Positions 10,369 to 21,926 of a stretch of DNA of 64,000 bases are shown piece after piece. A model generated the notes under the pieces. It was not told the DNA's origin, made no database searches, and saw only the letters and a program-made list of their open reading frames with translations. The stretch is from positions 160,001-224,000 of the forward strand of contig CAVOGR010000005.1 of assembly GCA_963695555.1 (NCBI GenBank), in the 5' to 3' direction. The position numbers were made by a program, and so were the translations under genes. Origin of the DNA: an uncultured Gemmatimonadales bacterium (GTDB taxonomy: Bacteria; Gemmatimonadota; Gemmatimonadetes; Gemmatimonadales; GWC2-71-9). The first letter of the stretch is position 1, and every line of letters begins with the position of its first letter.

Positions 10369-11511
10369 GTGACGGACAACCATTCACTTGGCGTTCTGGA
10401 GATTCTGGCGAACGGCTCTGGCTTTCTCCGGCGGGCAAAGACCTCGTACCTCCCGGGCCGAAACGATGTCTACGTCTCGCGATCGTTGATCCGCCAATTT
10501 GGCCTGCGCACCGGTGACGAGCTGGGCGGCGAGGTCGGCAAACCGAATCGGCGCGGCAAGAGCCCACCGTTGGTCACCGTGAGCCACATCAACAGCCAGC
10601 CATGTGACGGCAAGCTCGAGCGTCCCGATTTCGGCACGCTGACAGCCACGCACCCCAACGAATTGTTATCGCTCGAATGTGCCACGGCTTCCGATCGATC
10701 CGTCGTCCACATCACCCGAGTGATCGATTTTCTCTGCCCCTTCGGCAAGGGCCAGCGGGCCCTGATCGTGGCGCCGGCCAAGGCGGGGAAGACGACGGTG
10801 CTCCGGGCGATTGCCCAGGGGGTGGCCACCAATCATCCCGACTGCCTGTTGCTGATCCTGCTGGTGGATGAGCGGCCGGAGGAAGTGTACGAAATGGAAG
10901 CCGGCGGGTTTGGCGAGGTCATTGCCTCGACCTTCGACCACCCAGCGGACCGTCACATCGCCGTCGCCAGCATGACCCTCGAACGGGCCCGACGGCGCGT
11001 GGAAGCGGGACAAAACGTGGTGATCATCCTGGACTCCATTACCCGCCTCGCCCGGGCCTACAACACCGTCGAACGTGGCCGGGGCCGCACGCTGTCGGGA
11101 GGGCTGGAGGCAACCGCGTTGGAAAAGCCGAAGCGGTTCCTGGGGAGCGCCAGGCGGATCGATACCAAAGAAGGCGGCGGGTCGCTCACGATCGTCGGGA
11201 CGGCGCTGGTGGACACGGGTTCACGCATGGATCAGGTCATTTTCGAGGAATTCAAGGGGACCGGGAATAGCGAACTCGTTCTCAGCCGCGAACTCGCGGA
11301 GCGGCGCCTGTTTCCCGCCATCGACCTCGCGGCGAGCGCGACCCGTCGGGAGGAGTTGCTGCTCTCGGGCGATGCCTTGGCCGCGTCCCACCTGTTCCGG
11401 CAACGCATGGCGGATGCCCCGCTTCATGCCGCCGTGGACGATCTGATCACCCGCATGAAACGGTCCCCCACCAACGCCGAGATGATCAAGACGATTGTGG
11501 ACCAAGGCTAG
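10369..11511 (+). CDS. rho: Transcription termination factor Rho (short form without the N-terminal helical bundle)
   Basis: GSGFLR and DVYVS RNA-binding motifs, APAKAGKT, DERPEEV, DSITRLARAYN, EEFKGTGN; AAGGAG RBS before GTG 10369. Confidence 0.88.
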   Translation: MTDNHSLGVLEILANGSGFLRRAKTSYLPGRNDVYVSRSLIRQFGLRTGDELGGEVGKPNRRGKSPPLVTVSHINSQPCDGKLERPDFGTLTATHPNELLSLECATASDRSVVHITRVIDFLCPFGKGQRALIVAPAKAGKTTVLRAIAQGVATNHPDCLLLILLVDERPEEVYEMEAGGFGEVIASTFDHPADRHIAVASMTLERARRRVEAGQNVVIILDSITRLARAYNTVERGRGRTLSGGLEATALEKPKRFLGSARRIDTKEGGGSLTIVGTALVDTGSRMDQVIFEEFKGTGNSELVLSRELAERRLFPAIDLAASATRREELLLSGDALAASHLFRQRMADAPLHAAVDDLITRMKRSPTNAEMIKTIVDQG

Positions 11512-11526
11512 CGGCGCTTGCCTCGC

Positions 11527-11547
11527 CTCGCTGCCGCAGCGAGTTTT
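11527..11547 (+). terminator. Small hairpin plus T4, possible intrinsic terminator after rho
   Basis: CTCGCTG-CCG-CAGCGAG-TTTT. Confidence 0.3.
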
Positions 11548-11554
11548 CGGTCCT

Positions 11555-12583
11555 ATGACGTGGGATGGTCTTCTCGGAGGTGTACGGGCGCGCAAGCCGG
11601 CCGCGCTGGCCCGCGTCATCTCTATGGTAGAGAACCAGCGCCCAGGGTTCGAGCAGGTCCTCTCAGCCATCCACGCCGAGCTGGGGCGGGCCCATCGGGT
11701 GGGTATCACCGGCCCTCCGGGCGCGGGTAAATCGACCCTCGTCGAGCGGCTGGTCGGCGGATATCGAGCGAAAGGGCTCACGGTGGCCGTCGTGGCGGTC
11801 GACCCCACGAGCCCGTTCACCGGCGGAGCACTCCTCGGCGACCGGATTCGGATGGAGGCGGTGACCCTGGATGAAGGGGTCTTCATCCGATCGATGGCTA
11901 CCCGGGGCTCGTTGGGCGGTCTCGCCACGGCAACGCGCGAGGTGTGCGATGTGCTCGACGCGGCGGGCTTCGATCGCATTCTGGTCGAGACCGTCGGGGT
12001 GGGGCAGTCCGAGCTTGCCGTGAGCGGCATGGCCGACACCAGCGTCCTCGTCCTCGTCCCCGAGTCGGGCGACGGCATCCAGGCCCTGAAGTCGGGCATC
12101 ATGGAAATCGCGGACCTCTTTGTGGTGAACAAGGCGGACCGGCCCGGGGCGGATCGGCTGCGGCAGGAAATCGAGGTGATGCTCGGTATCCGGCAGGGGC
12201 ACGCATTTCGCCACATTCCCGCCCATCATGGAGGCCTGACGCGGCCCGACGCGTCGCCCGCGCCGGAAACGGGCGGATGGCGCCCTCCGGTCCTCGGAGT
12301 AGTCGCCACAAAGGGCGAAGGGATCGACAGCTTGCTCGAAGGGATCGACGCACACTATCGGTCGATCGAGTCGACCGGGAGCCTGATGGACCGCCGCCGG
12401 TCCCGGGCGTCGAGCCGGGCACGGGAAGTGCTGGAACGGGCCACCCGGCAGTGGTTGTGGACCGAGACCGGTGCGGAGCGGGTGCTGGAGGAGCGATTGG
12501 ACGATATCGTGGCGGGTCGTGTGAGCCCGTACGATCTCGCGGAGGAAGTCATCCAGAGTCTCAAGCAGGACACGCGTCTATGA
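11555..12583 (+). CDS. meaB: Acyl-CoA mutase-associated GTPase MeaB
   Basis: [41 protein letters not shown]. Confidence 0.93.
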   Translation: MTWDGLLGGVRARKPAALARVISMVENQRPGFEQVLSAIHAELGRAHRVGITGPPGAGKSTLVERLVGGYRAKGLTVAVVAVDPTSPFTGGALLGDRIRMEAVTLDEGVFIRSMATRGSLGGLATATREVCDVLDAAGFDRILVETVGVGQSELAVSGMADTSVLVLVPESGDGIQALKSGIMEIADLFVVNKADRPGADRLRQEIEVMLGIRQGHAFRHIPAHHGGLTRPDASPAPETGGWRPPVLGVVATKGEGIDSLLEGIDAHYRSIESTGSLMDRRRSRASSRAREVLERATRQWLWTETGAERVLEERLDDIVAGRVSPYDLAEEVIQSLKQDTRL

Positions 12584-14295
12584 GCGAGCACGAGAGCGCA
12601 TCCTCGCCGGATGACCTGACCGACCGGGTGGCCCGGCAGGAGCAGGAGCTGGTCCGGCTGCGGGCGGAAGTCCGCGCGTGGCGGGAACTCGTCTCGCGGC
12701 TCCCTACGCGGGAAGACTCGGACTTCACGTCCGTATCCGGCCGGACGGTCGATCCGGTATACACCGCCCTCGATGTCCGGCCGGACGTCGGTGAGATGCT
12801 CGGCCTACCCGGCCAGTATCCCTACGTGCGCGGCGTACACCCGACCGGATATCGCGGCAAACTCTGGACGATGCGTCAATTCGCGGGCTTCGGCACGGCG
12901 GCCGATTCCAACGCCCGATTCAAGTTCCTGCTTGAGCACGGCCAAACCGGTCTGTCCGTCGCCTTCGATTTCCCCACCCTCATGGGGTACGACGCCGATC
13001 ACCCTCGTGCCGAGGGCGAGGTTGGGAAATGCGGAGTGGCCATCTCGAGCCTGGACGACATGGAGACGCTGTTCGACGGCATCCCGTTAGATCGCGTGTC
13101 CACGTCGATGACCATCAATGGTCCGGCCGCAATGCTGTTCTGTTTCTATGTGGCGGCGGCGGAGAAGCAAGGAGTATCGCTCGAGACGCTGCGTGGAACG
13201 ATCCAAAATGACATTCTCAAGGAATATGTCGCCCAGCACGCATGGATCTACCCGGTGGAGCCGGCGCTCAAGATCATCATCGACTTGTTCGAATGGGCGG
13301 CCGAGCACACGCCGAAGTGGAATACCATCTCCATCTCGGGCTACCATATCCGCGAGGCAGGGGCGACTGCCGTTCAAGAACTGGCTTTTACCCTGGCGAA
13401 CGGGCTGTGCTACGTCGAGCGGGGCATCGAGCGAGGGCTCAGCGTCGACAGCTTCGCTCCTCGGCTCTCGTTCTTCTGGGACATCCATAATGATTTCTTC
13501 GAAGAAATCGCGAAGATGCGCGCCGCGCGCCGCATCTGGGCGCGCCAGCTCCGGGAACGATTCGGGGCCCAGGATCCGCGCAGTTGGAAGATGCGGTTCC
13601 ATTGTCAGACGGCGGGGGTAACGCTCACGGCCCAGCAGCCGCTGATCAACATCATCCGGGTTGCGTATCAGGGCATGGCGGCGGCCCTGGGCGGGACCCA
13701 GTCGTTGCACACCAACGCCTTCGATGAAACGCTGGCGTTGCCGACGGAGGATTCCGCCCGAATCGCGCTTCGCACCCAGCAGATCTTGGCGTACGAGACC
13801 GGTATTCCCAACGTGACCGACCCGCTGGGAGGCTCGTATTACCTGGAGGCCCTGACCGACCAGTTTGAACGGGAGACGGAAGCTCTCTTTGCCGAGATCG
13901 AGGCGCAGGGCGGCGTGGTTGCCGCGATCGAGAAGGGCTGGCTCCAACGCCAGATTTCGGATTCTGCCGCTCGGTTCCAGCGGGACGTAGAAAGCGGGCG
14001 GCGGCCAGTCGTGGGGGTCAATACCTTCACGGAAGGGGGTGAGGCGTCGGTCAACATCCTGAAGATTGGCGACGAAGCCGAGCGCGTCCAACGCGAACGC
14101 ATGGCGCGGCTCCGCGTGCGCCGTGACGACGGGTTGGTGCGCGAGCGTCTCGACGCGCTCAAGGCGGCCGCCGCCACTGAGCAGAACGTCATCCCAGCCA
14201 TGCTCGATTGCGCGCGCGCCTATTGCACGTTGTTTGAAATGCGCCAGGTATTGGAAGAGGTCTTCGGCCACTATCGTGAGCCGGTCTTCTTCTAG
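12580..14295 (+). CDS. B12-dependent acyl-CoA mutase large subunit (isobutyryl-CoA mutase-like)
   Basis: [49 protein letters not shown]; no B12 domain on this chain. Confidence 0.9.
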   Translation: MSEHESASSPDDLTDRVARQEQELVRLRAEVRAWRELVSRLPTREDSDFTSVSGRTVDPVYTALDVRPDVGEMLGLPGQYPYVRGVHPTGYRGKLWTMRQFAGFGTAADSNARFKFLLEHGQTGLSVAFDFPTLMGYDADHPRAEGEVGKCGVAISSLDDMETLFDGIPLDRVSTSMTINGPAAMLFCFYVAAAEKQGVSLETLRGTIQNDILKEYVAQHAWIYPVEPALKIIIDLFEWAAEHTPKWNTISISGYHIREAGATAVQELAFTLANGLCYVERGIERGLSVDSFAPRLSFFWDIHNDFFEEIAKMRAARRIWARQLRERFGAQDPRSWKMRFHCQTAGVTLTAQQPLINIIRVAYQGMAAALGGTQSLHTNAFDETLALPTEDSARIALRTQQILAYETGIPNVTDPLGGSYYLEALTDQFERETEALFAEIEAQGGVVAAIEKGWLQRQISDSAARFQRDVESGRRPVVGVNTFTEGGEASVNILKIGDEAERVQRERMARLRVRRDDGLVRERLDALKAAAATEQNVIPAMLDCARAYCTLFEMRQVLEEVFGHYREPVFF

Positions 14296-14322
14296 CGATC
14301 CCGGCGACTGGAGATAGCGACT

Positions 14323-15528
14323 ATGACGAGCGCCACCGTGCCCAAATTGCCGGCACAACTGGAACTCCTCAACAAGGTCAAACCCGGCAAATACCGGGTC
14401 GTGACCTGCTACTTGAAGCTCGAGCCGCGCGATCGGTCGCGCGGCAAGTACCTTATCAAGATCAAAAACCGGATCAAGGCCGTGGAAACCGCCCTGCCGG
14501 GCCTCGGGCTGCCACGACCCGTGGCGGACGGGATTCGGGATGACCTGACGCGGCTCCACATGTTCCTCAAGAAGACGAGTAACCTGCCCTCGACCCAGGG
14601 CGTCGCCCTGTTTCTCTGTGGACCGATTGGACTATTCGAGGTCGTCCCGTTGCCGCGCGTGTTCCGCTCGCGGTTGGCCGTCGACCGCACGCCGCTCGTC
14701 CGGGAATTGGCCGCGTTGCAGGAAGAGATCGGCCGGATCGTGACGGTGCTCTTGGACCGGACCAGCGCGAGACTTTTCGAGGTCACGGCCTTTGGGGTGT
14801 CCGAAGTGGCCAGTATCCGAGCGGACAGCACCCGGGGGCACAAGTTCAGGAGTGTGCGCGGCGACAGCCTGTCGAGTGGCGGTAAGTTCAGCCTCGGCCG
14901 GCAAAGCATGGGCGGCTTCGGCGAGCGAACCTACAACAACCGGATTCAACACGAGAAGCAGCGGCACTACGAATTCGTTGCCCGCCGCCTGTTCGACCTG
15001 AATCAACGACAGCCGGTTACTGGTGTCGTGCTCGCCGGCGTTGGCACGACGGCGGGCGTCTTGGAGCCCTTCCTTCATCCCTATGTGGCCGAACGGGTCA
15101 TCGGAAAGCTGAAGCTCTCTCCCAAACAGGCCACCCCCGCGGAAGTCCATACTGCAACACTTGCCGTGAGGGAAGACCACGAGCGGGCCTCGGAACGCGC
15201 CCTCGTCAGTTCAATGGACGGTGCACTGGGTGAAGGATGGGCGGTGAACGGCGTCCGGGATACGCTGAAGGCCCTGGCACGTGGCCAGGTCCGGACCCTT
15301 CTGGTGAACGCAGAAGCCAGCATCCCCGGGTTCCGGTGCGCCGACTCGGGCGCGATGGTCCTCGAGCCCAGGGATTGCCGAGGCTCAGGTGAGCCAATTC
15401 CGATTCTGGACGTCGTGGATGACGCGATCGAAGAAGCGCTCAATCAACGCGTGCCCGTCGACGTGGTGCATGACCCGACCGCCCGAAGGCAGATCGATGG
15501 CATCGCCGGACTGCTTCGCTTTCGGTAA
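14323..15528 (+). CDS. Bacterial archaeo-eukaryotic release factor (baeRF/eRF1-like) protein
   Basis: VVTCYL N-domain, GVALF, VLLDRTSARLF, VVLAG, GVRDTLKALARGQVRTLLV, C-terminal GIAGLLRF typical of eRF1 domain 3. Confidence 0.75.
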   Translation: MTSATVPKLPAQLELLNKVKPGKYRVVTCYLKLEPRDRSRGKYLIKIKNRIKAVETALPGLGLPRPVADGIRDDLTRLHMFLKKTSNLPSTQGVALFLCGPIGLFEVVPLPRVFRSRLAVDRTPLVRELAALQEEIGRIVTVLLDRTSARLFEVTAFGVSEVASIRADSTRGHKFRSVRGDSLSSGGKFSLGRQSMGGFGERTYNNRIQHEKQRHYEFVARRLFDLNQRQPVTGVVLAGVGTTAGVLEPFLHPYVAERVIGKLKLSPKQATPAEVHTATLAVREDHERASERALVSSMDGALGEGWAVNGVRDTLKALARGQVRTLLVNAEASIPGFRCADSGAMVLEPRDCRGSGEPIPILDVVDDAIEEALNQRVPVDVVHDPTARRQIDGIAGLLRFR

Positions 15529-15597
15529 ACCGATGGCATCGGCGTCCCGTGTGATCGAGAGCATGCCCGTTGGCCCTTTCGCGTATGGAGAGTTGTG

Positions 15598-16032
15598 ATG
15601 GCTTCCGCCTCCTCGTCCAAGGCTCCCACCCGTCCCATCCGGATCCTCGTCGCGAAGCCCGGACTCGACGGCCACGACCGCGGCGCTAAAGTCGTGGCTG
15701 CGGCGCTTCGCGACGCCGGCATGGAGGTGATCTACACCGGTCTCCACCAGACTCCGGAAATGATTGCCGCGGCGGCCGTGCAGGAAGACGTTGACGTCGT
15801 GGGCCTCTCGATCCTGTCCGGCGCCCACATGACTCTCTTTCCTAGAGTGAAGCGCTTGCTCGAGGAACAGGGGAGGGAGGACGTGCTCGTGACCGGCGGC
15901 GGCATCATTCCCGCCGACGACATGGCCGCCCTCGGGCAGATGGGAGTCGGCAAGCTCTTCGGGCCCGGCACCCGCACGAAGGATCTGGTGGATTACATCC
16001 GCGCGTGGGCCAGCACAGAGTTGCGAGATTGA
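15598..16032 (+). CDS. Cobalamin-binding small subunit of the acyl-CoA mutase
   Basis: [12 protein letters not shown] (DxHxxG), SILSGAH, GGIIP. Confidence 0.93.
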   Translation: MASASSSKAPTRPIRILVAKPGLDGHDRGAKVVAAALRDAGMEVIYTGLHQTPEMIAAAAVQEDVDVVGLSILSGAHMTLFPRVKRLLEEQGREDVLVTGGGIIPADDMAALGQMGVGKLFGPGTRTKDLVDYIRAWASTELRD

Positions 16033-16042
16033 GTCCGGGCCA

Positions 16043-17686
16043 GTGACCCCGAAACCGGTGGCCAAAGACGGGAGACTCCGCGACCTGACCGCGGAGTACC
16101 GGGAGCTTGCCGCCCGTCTGGAGCAGGGCGGGGGGCCGGAGCGCATCGCCCGGATGCACAAGCAGGGCAAACTCGCCCCGCGGGAACGCGTCACAAGGCT
16201 GCTCGATCCGGACGGGCCGTGGCTCGAATTGGGTCTCCTGGTGGCCTACGATCAGTACGATGGCCAGGCTCCGGGTGCGGGAGTCATCACGGGCGTGGGC
16301 GTAGTGCACGGCCGTGAGGTGGTGGTGGTCGCCAACGACGCGACGGTGAAAGCGGGAAGTTGGTGGCCTGAGACAATCAAGAAGATCCTTCGCGCGCAAG
16401 AAGTAGCCATGCGGCAGCGGATTCCGATCATCTACCTGGTCGATAGCGCAGGCGTGAACCTCCCCTATCAGGGCGGCGTCTTCCCTGGGCAATACGGTGC
16501 GGCGCGGATCTTCTATTACAACTCTATCATGCGGCGCTTCCTGCACGTGCCCCAGATCAGTGCGGTCATGGGCAGCTGCATCGCCGGAGGGGCGTATCTC
16601 CCGGCGCTGTCGGATGTGATCTTCATGGTCGACGGTACCAGCTTCATGGGCCTGGGCGGTCCGAATCTGGTCAAGGGAGCCACCGGCCAGATCGTGGATG
16701 CCGAAACGCTGGGTGGGGCCCGCATGCACACGGAGATCAGCGGCGTCGCGCACTATGTGGCGGCGGACGACACGGAATGCCTGGTGAAGATCCGCGACTA
16801 TGTCGGCCGGTTGCCGCGGCCTGAAGGCATCCAGCACCAACTGCGCTCCAGTGTGGAGCCGGCGCGTCCGCCGGAGGACCTGTACGACATCCTTCCCAAC
16901 GACCACCGGATGTCGTACGAGATGCGGGACGTGCTCGCCTGTCTCCTCGATGACGGCCAACTCGACGAATTTCAGCCGGATCTCGCGAAGGAGATGATCT
17001 GCGGCCATGCCCACATCGAGGGGCATCCCGTCGCGGTCATCGTGAATCAGCGCGGCCTCATCAAGGGCCGCCCCGGGGAACAGCCCCGCTTCGGCGGGAT
17101 CATCTACACCGAGAGCGCGGACAAGGTCGCCTACTTCATCGAGACCGCGAGCCGCGAGCGCCTCCCGATTCTGTTCATTCAGGACGTGAGCGGGTTCATG
17201 GTCGGGACGGACGCCGAGCACTCCGGGATCATTCGTGCCGGGGCCCATTTCGTGGAGGCCATGGCCACGGCCGTCGTCCCCACCGTCGTCTTGACAGTGA
17301 ACCACGCATCCGGCGCCGGGTACTATGCCATGGCGGGACAGGGCTTCGATCCGGATTTCATTCTCTCCTGGCCCACCGGCCGGATGGGAGTAATGGAAGG
17401 TGAGTCGGCGGTCATGGCCGTGCACGGCCCGGAGCTCGACCGGGCACAGCAGGAAAAGCGCGAACCGCCTGAATCGGTCCAGAACGCGGTCGCGTCCATG
17501 CGCGCCGACTACGAGCACCAGCTCGATGCCAAGTTTGCCGGGGCGCGGGGCTTCGTCGATGTCATCGTGGCGCCGGAAGACACGCGCGATCAGCTCGCGT
17601 TCGTCCTCCGAATCGTGAGCAACTACGCCGGCCCACATATCGGCCCATTCGTCTTGCCCCCCCTCGACCCGGCCCTCGGTCGGTGA
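16043..17686 (+). CDS. Acyl-CoA carboxylase carboxyltransferase (beta) subunit, methylcrotonyl-CoA carboxylase-like
   Basis: GKLAPRERV, ANDATVKAG, LVDSAG, CIAGGAY, QDVSGFMVG. Confidence 0.88.
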   Translation: MTPKPVAKDGRLRDLTAEYRELAARLEQGGGPERIARMHKQGKLAPRERVTRLLDPDGPWLELGLLVAYDQYDGQAPGAGVITGVGVVHGREVVVVANDATVKAGSWWPETIKKILRAQEVAMRQRIPIIYLVDSAGVNLPYQGGVFPGQYGAARIFYYNSIMRRFLHVPQISAVMGSCIAGGAYLPALSDVIFMVDGTSFMGLGGPNLVKGATGQIVDAETLGGARMHTEISGVAHYVAADDTECLVKIRDYVGRLPRPEGIQHQLRSSVEPARPPEDLYDILPNDHRMSYEMRDVLACLLDDGQLDEFQPDLAKEMICGHAHIEGHPVAVIVNQRGLIKGRPGEQPRFGGIIYTESADKVAYFIETASRERLPILFIQDVSGFMVGTDAEHSGIIRAGAHFVEAMATAVVPTVVLTVNHASGAGYYAMAGQGFDPDFILSWPTGRMGVMEGESAVMAVHGPELDRAQQEKREPPESVQNAVASMRADYEHQLDAKFAGARGFVDVIVAPEDTRDQLAFVLRIVSNYAGPHIGPFVLPPLDPALGR

Positions 17687-20559
17687 TCGCCGCACTCCGA
17701 TCCGGCGGCTTCGGCGCGGTCCTGGCCCTGGCCGCCTGCAGCCAGACCGTGCGGCCGGTCGCTCCGGCTCGACCATTGCCCGGTTCCGGCCGCGCCCCCG
17801 CCGCAGCGCCGGCTCCGGCGCGCGCGGCTCGGGCCGAGCGCATCGCCCCACCCGATGCCGCATTCGCGAGCGGCTGGATGCCACTCGAAGCCACCGGTGC
17901 GGCCGCCTTCCAGCGCCGGCATCCGACCTACGACGGCCGCGGGGTCCTGATCGGCATCCTCGACAGCGGTATCGATCCGGGTGTCCCAGGGCTCGAGACT
18001 ACTTCAACCGGGCAGCGTAAGTTGCTCGATCTGAGGGACTTCTCGGCCGAAGGCCGCATTGAACTCGCCCTGGCTGAGCCGCGCGGGGACACCATCGAGG
18101 TTGGTGGCAGGACGCTGGTCGGGTTCGGCCGGGTGGTGTCGGTGAGTACCGACCAGCGCTACTACACCGGCACACTCGCGGAAATCCCGCTCGGCACCCC
18201 TGCCGCGATCGACCCCGAGCTGCCTACGCCCTCTGACCTGAACGACAACGGCAGCTACACCGATACCCTGGGGCTCGTGGTGACCCGGGCCAGTGATGGC
18301 TGGGTATTGGTGGCCGACACCGACGGCGACGGCTCGCTCGGCGACGAGCGCCCGGTCCGGGACTACCTCGTGGCCTTCGAGCGGTTCGGATGGCATGCCG
18401 AGGGCAGCGAGCCGCCGATAACACTGGTTGCCAACTTCGCGGAGATCGACGGGGCGCCGGTGCTCGACCTCGTGTTCGACAACAGCGGCCACGGCACTCA
18501 TGTTGCCGGGATCGCCGCGGGGCATGACATGTATGGAGTGCCGGGCTTCGACGGGGTGGCGCCCGGCGCGCAGCTCCTCGGGCTCAAGATCGCGAATGAC
18601 GCGCAGGGCGGCGTCACAGTCACGGGCAGCATGGTCCGGGCGATGGCCTATGCCATCACCTTCGCAGAATCGCGGCGGCTTCCGCTGGTGCTGAATTTGA
18701 GCTTCGGCGTCGGAAACGAGGCCGAGGGGTCGGCCAGAATCGACCAGCTGGTCGATTCGATCTTGACGGCGCACCCGAACGTGGTGTTCACCGTCAGCGC
18801 CGGTAACGACGGACCCGGGCTTTCGACCGTGGGGTTTCCCGGTTCGACTCGGCGCGGCATTACGGTCGGCGGGTCGTTCCCGCTGGTGTTCGTCGAGACG
18901 GGCGGCGCGCCGCCGCTACCGGATCCGGTCGCCTTCTTCAGCTCACGGGGCGGCGAAGTCGCGAAGCCGGACCTCATCACGCCCGGCATCGCGTACTCGA
19001 CGGTGCCGCGCTGGGATGTGGGGCAAGAGCGCAATCTCGGCACTAGCATGTCGGCCCCGCATGCGGCGGGACTCGCCGCTCTGCTCGTGTCCGCGGCCGG
19101 GCAAGCCGAGGTAGCGTTCACGGCCGATCACATCAAGCGGGCACTCACGGTCACTGCGCGGCCCGTCGCGGGAAGTCTCGCCATCGACGACGGCGCAGGT
19201 GTGCCCGATGTGGGGCAGGCCTGGCGTTGGCTCGAGCAACGCCGCGACGTAGTCGACCTGACGGTCGAGGCACTCAGGGACAGCATGCCTTCGACCCCGG
19301 CCGCCTTCCGTCCGCAGGGGTTCGCGTCGGAAGCCGACACCATCCAAATCTTCCGGGTGAAGCCGGTGGCCGAAGCCCCGTCCGGGCCGGTCACGTTGGA
19401 GAGTGACGTCGGCTGGCTGGTTGCCCCGCCGGCCGTGTCGCTGGGGCCCTCCGGCCTGGACATCCCCATCGTGTACCGCCGCGAGCAGCTCCGCACTCCG
19501 GGCGTCCACTCTGGTGTCGTGACCGGCTGGGGCGGCGATCGACTCGACGGCCCGCTGTTTCAACTGGTGAACACCGTTGTGATACCGTACGCGTCCGGCG
19601 AAAGCGTGCGCATCGGTCCCGTACCCATGAACGCGGGCGGAATCCACCGTGTGTTCTTCGGTGCGGAGCGCGGTCGGCCGTTCGAGGTGACGATCCGAAC
19701 CACCGACGGCGGTCCCCTCGTCCTGACGAGCCTTCACGAGCCCGGCGGGCAGCCGTATCGAGCCGGGAACGGACTCCCTGGCGGAGCCGGCGCCCAGGCC
19801 GCATCCTACGCGGTGCGCTCCGGCGATGTCATTCCCGGCGTGTATGAGATCGATGTCATCGCTCCGCCGGCCGCGCCGGCCCGCGCCGAAGTGGACCTGC
19901 GCCATGCCCCCGTCCGGTTCGACCTGACACGGGATGCCGATAGGGTGATCACGACGCTGACCAATGTGGTCGGCGGGCCGGTACGCGGGGCGGTGACGGC
20001 GTATGCAGCCGGGGCCCAGCGGGAGCTGACGATGGAGGGGCGCGGGTCCGACGTCCAATCGATCGTGTTTCAAGTCCCGGCCTGGGCCAAGGAACTCGAG
20101 GTTGATGTGGAGATGACGCCCGACGAGTGGCCTCGGTTCACCGACCTCGGCATGACGCTGTTCGATTCGATCGGCCGGATCATTACCCAGACACCTCTCA
20201 ACTATGCGCGGGAACGCATGCATGCTTCGTTCGTCGAGAACAGCGGTGCCCAGACGGTCAGGCTGGGGTTCTTCCCCGGCTTTGCCGAGCCCGGCAGCGA
20301 CGCGGCGTGGTCGCTTCGGGTGGAGATCCGGCTCTACGCCGATGCCGGCGAGGTCGCCGAACAGGCCAGCCGGCCGCTGCCGTTCGCGCTCGACGCCGGC
20401 GCGAAACAGGCCCTCGTGTCCGCGGTCGAGCCGGTCCCAACCATGACGGTAAGCGGAGGGTTTCTGCCGCTCTATGGCGTGATGGTCGACGTCGGTGGCC
20501 GCACGTGGATCGGTGAGACCACCGCCACGGGCAACTTCTCACCGAGCCGAGTCAGATGA
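17683..20559 (+). CDS. S8 subtilase, tripeptidyl-peptidase II-like lipoprotein
   Basis: LALAAC lipobox; ILDSGIDP (Asp), HGTHVAGI (His), [14 protein letters not shown] (Ser); long Asp-His insert. Confidence 0.85.
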   Translation: MIAALRSGGFGAVLALAACSQTVRPVAPARPLPGSGRAPAAAPAPARAARAERIAPPDAAFASGWMPLEATGAAAFQRRHPTYDGRGVLIGILDSGIDPGVPGLETTSTGQRKLLDLRDFSAEGRIELALAEPRGDTIEVGGRTLVGFGRVVSVSTDQRYYTGTLAEIPLGTPAAIDPELPTPSDLNDNGSYTDTLGLVVTRASDGWVLVADTDGDGSLGDERPVRDYLVAFERFGWHAEGSEPPITLVANFAEIDGAPVLDLVFDNSGHGTHVAGIAAGHDMYGVPGFDGVAPGAQLLGLKIANDAQGGVTVTGSMVRAMAYAITFAESRRLPLVLNLSFGVGNEAEGSARIDQLVDSILTAHPNVVFTVSAGNDGPGLSTVGFPGSTRRGITVGGSFPLVFVETGGAPPLPDPVAFFSSRGGEVAKPDLITPGIAYSTVPRWDVGQERNLGTSMSAPHAAGLAALLVSAAGQAEVAFTADHIKRALTVTARPVAGSLAIDDGAGVPDVGQAWRWLEQRRDVVDLTVEALRDSMPSTPAAFRPQGFASEADTIQIFRVKPVAEAPSGPVTLESDVGWLVAPPAVSLGPSGLDIPIVYRREQLRTPGVHSGVVTGWGGDRLDGPLFQLVNTVVIPYASGESVRIGPVPMNAGGIHRVFFGAERGRPFEVTIRTTDGGPLVLTSLHEPGGQPYRAGNGLPGGAGAQAASYAVRSGDVIPGVYEIDVIAPPAAPARAEVDLRHAPVRFDLTRDADRVITTLTNVVGGPVRGAVTAYAAGAQRELTMEGRGSDVQSIVFQVPAWAKELEVDVEMTPDEWPRFTDLGMTLFDSIGRIITQTPLNYARERMHASFVENSGAQTVRLGFFPGFAEPGSDAAWSLRVEIRLYADAGEVAEQASRPLPFALDAGAKQALVSAVEPVPTMTVSGGFLPLYGVMVDVGGRTWIGETTATGNFSPSRVR

Positions 20560-21926
20560 CGAAGATCGTACGCATTGCGTCGGGGCAGGGCTTCTGGGGT
20601 GACTGGCTCGAGGCGCCGGTGCGCCAGGCCGAGGGCGGGCCTATCGATTACCTCATGATGGACTACCTAGCTGAAGTCACCATGTCCATCATGCAGAAAC
20701 AGAAATCGCGCGATCCCACTCGCGGCTATGCCCGCGACTTCGTGCCGCTCATGGAGCGTCTCCTGCCGGACATTGCGGCGGGTAAGTTCAAAGTGATCTC
20801 CAACGCCGGCGGTGTGAATCCGCGCGGCTGCGTCGAGGGCGTCTTGGAGGGCGCCGACCGGCTGGGCGTGCGTGGCAAAGTCCGCCTGGGCTTGGTAACG
20901 GGAGACGACATCCTGCCGAGGCTGGACGAGTTGCTGGCCAATGGCCATCCGCTCACCAACCTCGACACTGGAAGGCCGTTATCGGAGGTGCGCGACCAGG
21001 TCGTGTCGGCCAACGCCTACCTCGGAATGGAACCGATGGTTGAAGCGTTGGCGGGCGGCGCCGATGTCATCGTGACCGGCCGGGTGACCGACACCGGCCT
21101 CACCCTGGCGCCGATGTTCTTCGAGTTCGGCTGGGATCCCGACGACTGGGACAAGGTCGCCGCGGGCACCATTGCCGGGCACATCATCGAGTGCGGCGCC
21201 CAGTGCTCCGGCGGCAACCTGCTCAAAGATTGGCATACCGTGCCCGGCATGGCCGACCCGGGCTTCCCGATCGTCGAGGCTTCGCCAGACGGGACCTTCG
21301 TGGTGACCAAGCATAAGGGGACGGGTGGCATCGTATCGGTCGCCTCCGTGACGGAGCAGCTGCTCTACGAGATGGGCGATCCCCACACCTACATCACCCC
21401 CGACGGCATTGCCGACTTCACGACCATCCAGCTCGCGCAGGCCGGAAAGAACCGGGTGCACGTGTCGGGGATCACGGGCCGGCCCAAGACCGACAGTCTC
21501 AAGGTCTCGATCGCATACTTCTATGGCTACAAGGCCGTGGGGACGCTGGTGTATTCGTGGCCGGAAGCCCATGACAAGGCCAAGGCGGCCGACCGGATCC
21601 TGCGCCGCCGCCTCCAGGACCTCGGGCTCGAGTTCGAAGAGATCTTGACCGAGTACGTGGGTGTCGACGCGACGCACGGCCGGCTCGCCGGGCCGCCCGA
21701 TCCGGACATCGCCGAAGTGGAGCTCCGGATCGGCGTGCGTGCCCGCACCAGGGAGCCCGTGGAGCGCTTCACCCGCGAGATCGCCCCGCTGGTGCTCACC
21801 GGACCACCCAGCGTGACCGGGTTTGCTGGCGGGCGGCCCGCGGTGCAGGAACTCGTGGCGTACTGGCCGGCGCTCATCGACCGAAGCGTGATTGAGCCCC
21901 ATGTGAGGGTGGAGATTGTCGAATAG
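20556..21926 (+). CDS. Acyclic terpene utilization AtuA family protein (DUF1446)
   Basis: [54 protein letters not shown]. Confidence 0.88.
   Translation: MTKIVRIASGQGFWGDWLEAPVRQAEGGPIDYLMMDYLAEVTMSIMQKQKSRDPTRGYARDFVPLMERLLPDIAAGKFKVISNAGGVNPRGCVEGVLEGADRLGVRGKVRLGLVTGDDILPRLDELLANGHPLTNLDTGRPLSEVRDQVVSANAYLGMEPMVEALAGGADVIVTGRVTDTGLTLAPMFFEFGWDPDDWDKVAAGTIAGHIIECGAQCSGGNLLKDWHTVPGMADPGFPIVEASPDGTFVVTKHKGTGGIVSVASVTEQLLYEMGDPHTYITPDGIADFTTIQLAQAGKNRVHVSGITGRPKTDSLKVSIAYFYGYKAVGTLVYSWPEAHDKAKAADRILRRRLQDLGLEFEEILTEYVGVDATHGRLAGPPDPDIAEVELRIGVRARTREPVERFTREIAPLVLTGPPSVTGFAGGRPAVQELVAYWPALIDRSVIEPHVRVEIVE

Noticed and set aside
11944..12579. Apparent N-terminal extension of the mutase (IcmF-like fusion)
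   Set aside because: The extension is an alternate frame of meaB; meaB has its own stop overlapping the mutase ATG at 12580
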